This document shows, piece by piece, positions 60,431-64,000 of a stretch of DNA of 64,000 bases. Under the pieces are notes generated by a model. It did not search any database. It was given only the letters and a program-made list of their open reading frames with translations, and had not been told where the DNA came from. Where the stretch lies: NCBI GenBank assembly GCA_965603825.1, contig CBFDEM010000013.1, positions 558,001-622,000 of the forward strand. The letters are read 5' to 3'. A program made the position numbers and the translations under genes. The DNA comes from Blepharisma stoltei ATCC 30299. Lineage: Eukaryota > Protista > Ciliophora. The stretch's first letter is position 1; every line of letters begins with the position of its first letter.

Positions 60431-62647
60431 TTAAGAAACTAATTCAATTTGAGTGCTTTCTATCTGATATTCATCTTCAAATCTTGCCACTACCTCATCA
60501 CCTTCATATTCCAACACATTAAATTTAAGTGTTGTAGGAACTCTTCCTTTTCTAGATCCTTCAAGTTTTCTGAGAAGTGCATAAGCTGTGCCAGTTCCTT
60601 CTCTGTCTACCCTTGGACATGGATAAATTTCAATCCCTCCATCTACACTAAGTAGTGGTTCTAAAAGTGTAGACTCAAGATGCAAGTTTACCACAACGTC
60701 TTCTAAAGCTTGGTTATGCAAAGTATTTGATATAGAAAATTGCAATAATAAGCATGAAGGGTAATTATGAGCAACCATCGTAACTATGTATTCTGCAGTT
60801 TTTTCAGTCAAAATTACACTATTGGTAGAGGATAGAGGTTTTCCTAATTTTTCAAGTTCAGCTATCCCTTGATATAAGTTTGTCTGAGTTTTCTCTGGCA
60901 GTGATGGACCTTTATATTCCTCTGGCTCTTCTTGTATATGCCTTGCTAGTTCCAATGTAAAAGTTCTTCCTGTATCTCTACATTTTTTGACAGCTTTTTC
61001 TATCTGTGCAATCGAAACAGGAAGTGTAGTCTTAGGGAATTCATCCTTTTCTAAGTAATCTAAATAAAATCTGGCCCTTTCTCTGACCTCATCATCTTTG
61101 TCTTCTAAACATCTATTTAATAGGACTTTTACGTTCTGTGCCAGTTCTGGGACTTTAGCGAATTTTCCTAGTGCAGTGACTGCAGCTGCTCGGGATTGTC
61201 CTTTGTCGAGGATAAAGCGATTGTAGATAAATCTGATAAGTTGTGATGGGTCTTCTGACTGAGGACCAAGCTCGCCTATAAGATGGATTGCTTTGCATTG
61301 GAGGATTTCATAGTGACAGTCTTCAATAAATTCAGCAAGAATAAGCATTATTAAATCATGAGAGCTCGGCAAGTCTTGGAGAATTTGAAGTAAGGTGTCT
61401 AAGACAACAGATTTTAGCTGAAATCCACCTTCCCCTTTTAAGATGTCTCCTACAAAAGTTAATAAAGTTTTTATTTTTCTAGGCATTCTCAAGCATAAAA
61501 TTTTCAAGGATTCAATTAGTTCGATTTTGAAGTCATCAGTAATTTCTGTCATAAATTGAGTGATTTGTGTAATTAGCCTATCAACATTTTTTTCTGTGCT
61601 TAATTTTAGTAATGTAGAGATCGCTAATGTTGCTAATGATCTATTAGATTCAGTGATTAAAGGTTCATAGTCAACGAGTGATCCAACTAATAAATTTTGG
61701 CATTTTATTGCATACTGATTTATGGTTTTAATCCCTGCGAATTTTGTTGTATTTTTTCCAGAAGCCAAAAACAGCTGCAAAACTGAAAACCCAGAGCTAA
61801 CATTTTTATTTTCCCATAGCTGCAAAGCGTACTCAGCTAAAGTTTTGGAAGCTTCAAACACAATCATGTCTTGATTTCTTTTGAGTGAGTCACAAAGATA
61901 TTTTTCTATGCTGGCCAACGCTGGCTTGTCAAATGGAATAGTTTTTATTGAATATCGTATAAATCTAAGAAGCTGAACTTGTGCCAATGGGTTTTTAAAA
62001 CCAGAAGAAATCATAAATTCAAAGAACTTGGAAAGGGCAAGAGGGTCATTTTTCTTCATCTCGAACAATAAAAGCATAGCGTGGTAATGAATATTTAAAT
62101 TTTTTGAAGATAGCTTTTCTTGGACTTCTGTCACCCATCTTCTCACTACTTCTGGATGGCTTTTGCATAATTTGAGACCAGCGATCATAGCAGCTGAGCT
62201 GACTGTATCATTATTATCGACGATTGAGTTTTTAATAAATCTCTCCATTTGAATCAACAAAGAAGGATCCAGAATCCTGGCCATGACTCTTAGCGCGCTT
62301 GCTCGGTAATAAGGATTATCTGATGTGCTCACATCTCTGGATAAGGAACTTGTAATCATAAAAACTTCGCCTTCTTTAGGACTGAGCTCTTTAAGCAACA
62401 GATAAAGCATCTTACGAATGTGAGGGTGCTGGGATTGATAGAGCTTAGAAGCTCTGAAAAATATTTCAGTTGATTCGTTCTGTGAAAGTTCCTCGCCTTG
62501 GTTTATGAGGTATAGGATCTTGGACATCACTGGAATTACTTCTTTAGGATCAATTGATGATGCGTCAAAGCACCGGGAGTCTTGAAGAACACGAGCTTTT
62601 TCGATTTGAGCGAGAGGGTCAGTTTTTACTTCATGTCCTTCTTTCAT
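60431..62647 (-). CDS. COPG: coatomer subunit gamma, 738 aa
   Basis: VLQDSRCF, SKILYLINQGE, EVVRRW..EVQE, NRSLATLAISTLLK, EFIEDC, DDEVRERA, EDEY. Confidence 0.92.
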   Translation of the reverse strand: MKEGHEVKTDPLAQIEKARVLQDSRCFDASSIDPKEVIPVMSKILYLINQGEELSQNESTEIFFRASKLYQSQHPHIRKMLYLLLKELSPKEGEVFMITSSLSRDVSTSDNPYYRASALRVMARILDPSLLIQMERFIKNSIVDNNDTVSSAAMIAGLKLCKSHPEVVRRWVTEVQEKLSSKNLNIHYHAMLLLFEMKKNDPLALSKFFEFMISSGFKNPLAQVQLLRFIRYSIKTIPFDKPALASIEKYLCDSLKRNQDMIVFEASKTLAEYALQLWENKNVSSGFSVLQLFLASGKNTTKFAGIKTINQYAIKCQNLLVGSLVDYEPLITESNRSLATLAISTLLKLSTEKNVDRLITQITQFMTEITDDFKIELIESLKILCLRMPRKIKTLLTFVGDILKGEGGFQLKSVVLDTLLQILQDLPSSHDLIMLILAEFIEDCHYEILQCKAIHLIGELGPQSEDPSQLIRFIYNRFILDKGQSRAAAVTALGKFAKVPELAQNVKVLLNRCLEDKDDEVRERARFYLDYLEKDEFPKTTLPVSIAQIEKAVKKCRDTGRTFTLELARHIQEEPEEYKGPSLPEKTQTNLYQGIAELEKLGKPLSSTNSVILTEKTAEYIVTMVAHNYPSCLLLQFSISNTLHNQALEDVVVNLHLESTLLEPLLSVDGGIEIYPCPRVDREGTGTAYALLRKLEGSRKGRVPTTLKFNVLEYEGDEVVARFEDEYQIESTQIELVS

Positions 62648-63003
62648 TTTGTTTATAATTAATGGTCGAATGGGATTTTTGGGGATGAAATATTGAGAAA
62701 GTTTGGGAAATTGAGGAGTCATGACAAATAATGAAATTGAAATTAAATAAGAAAAGATACTCTCAGAAAAAATTAGAATATTTTGGCTTGTATAGAACAA
62801 TTAAAAGGATTGTTAGACTTGGAGCTGACGTGGAATCTTAGAAAATATATCTCATAATTTTATATAAATATGAATTATATAAAAAATCTATTTTATTACT
62901 TTGGTCTACTTCTATTAAAAGCTATATGATATTGTATTATATTTTTTCTGGTAACATTTTTTATATTAATTACTTCTTAACTGCATCAAATTTAAGCAAA
63001 TAT

Positions 63004-63840
63004 CTACAACAATTTAATCAGATCTCTTTTATTAGATCTTAGATAGAGTCCTTGGTTTCCTTTTCCATATACAAAAGCAATTTTATCTGACTTGAAATCT
63101 TTTACAAAAGCATGCACATAGTCTTTATTTAAATTTTCTTTAGGTTTTTCAATATACCTATTCAATCTTTTAAATGCTGATTTTATGACTTTGTCTTCTT
63201 CGTTTATTTGGTTAGTTTCTCTTTTATTTAAATTTTCTAAATTGTTACACTCGCTGATTATCTTGTCAAGACAAAATTGAGAACTTCGTCTAGTAGATTT
63301 AGGCTTTCTTGGAGAATTCGGAGCTGTGTTTCTATATAAATCACAAGAAATTGGCCGAGAAGTAATAGCAGAGTTCGTTATAAAAGGTTTTAGTTCTAAT
63401 TCAAAATTTTTTCGCTCAGTGGCTGGGATTTTATAATTTTTTTTAATTTCAGAGAGTTGTAAATGCAGTTTGGGACTTGACTGTTTTGAGGAAGGCCTAG
63501 ATAGCAAAGGATAAGATCCTATACTATGAGAAGGTTTATGCCGAGCTGATGTGAAATTATGCTTATCATTGACTATAAATTTACTTGGATCAGATGGGAC
63601 AGGCTGCAATTGTGTTGGCATCTTATTTTCAAGCCTTGTCAAAGAACGCCTTAACTTTTTAGATATAGAAATTGCATCGTTTGTAGATAAAAGCCCAGCT
63701 TCAACTTTTTTCTTTTTATGCACATGATCTGTTATACTTGCAACTGCATCTTGCAAGCTTTTTTTCGGGCTTCAGTTAAGTTTAAAATGCTCTTTTGAAT
63801 TAAGTGTGGATTTTTTTGATGTAACTAAGTTTTGCTCCAT
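63004..63840 (-). CDS. hypothetical basic protein
   Basis: ATG 63840 in frame through one TGA with ORF 63004..63756. Confidence 0.65.
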
Positions 63841-63971
63841 TTAATTAAATATAAACCATATGAAATTTCACAAGAATTTTCGAGAATCCCTTTAAACTAA
63901 TTTCTTGCGCTTTTGTCTTTGAAAAATAAATATTCTCTATTTCTCTTATAATTCTAATTGAATTACATAAA

Positions 63972-64000
63972 ATGTCAGAAGCCAAACATCCGCTTCGATC
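63972..64000 (+). CDS. 5' start of a gene running off the window, possibly eIF4E-family
   Basis: AAAATG context; MSEAKHPLR resembles the eIF4E N-terminal HPL motif; only 9 codons visible. Confidence 0.3.

Overview
Eukaryotic, AT-rich, extremely gene-dense DNA (about 50 protein genes, one initiator tRNA-Met, two aspartic-protease pseudogenes). The sequence shows that TGA encodes Trp (in-frame TGA at invariant Trp sites, and TGA vs TGG at the same site in two paralogs). TAA/TAG are the only stops, and introns are tiny (15-19 nt, GTA...A-N-N-TAG). Together these point to the macronuclear genome of a heterotrich ciliate, most likely Blepharisma; this is an inference, not a database match. The supplied ORF track therefore fragments many genes, and the models below are rebuilt with TGA=Trp and micro-introns. 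Most notable: a 1196-aa TRP-like channel with 14 N-terminal WD40 repeats; a minimal bacterial/viral-type ATP-dependent DNA ligase; an eIF4G with two PAM2 motifs; an AT-hook/PEHE-like gene with competing micro-intron acceptors; a candidate box C/D snoRNA complementary to U6; and 11-33 bp intergenic spacers. No telomere repeats, mobile elements or CRISPR arrays were seen. Family assignments rest on motif recognition by eye; no searches were run.
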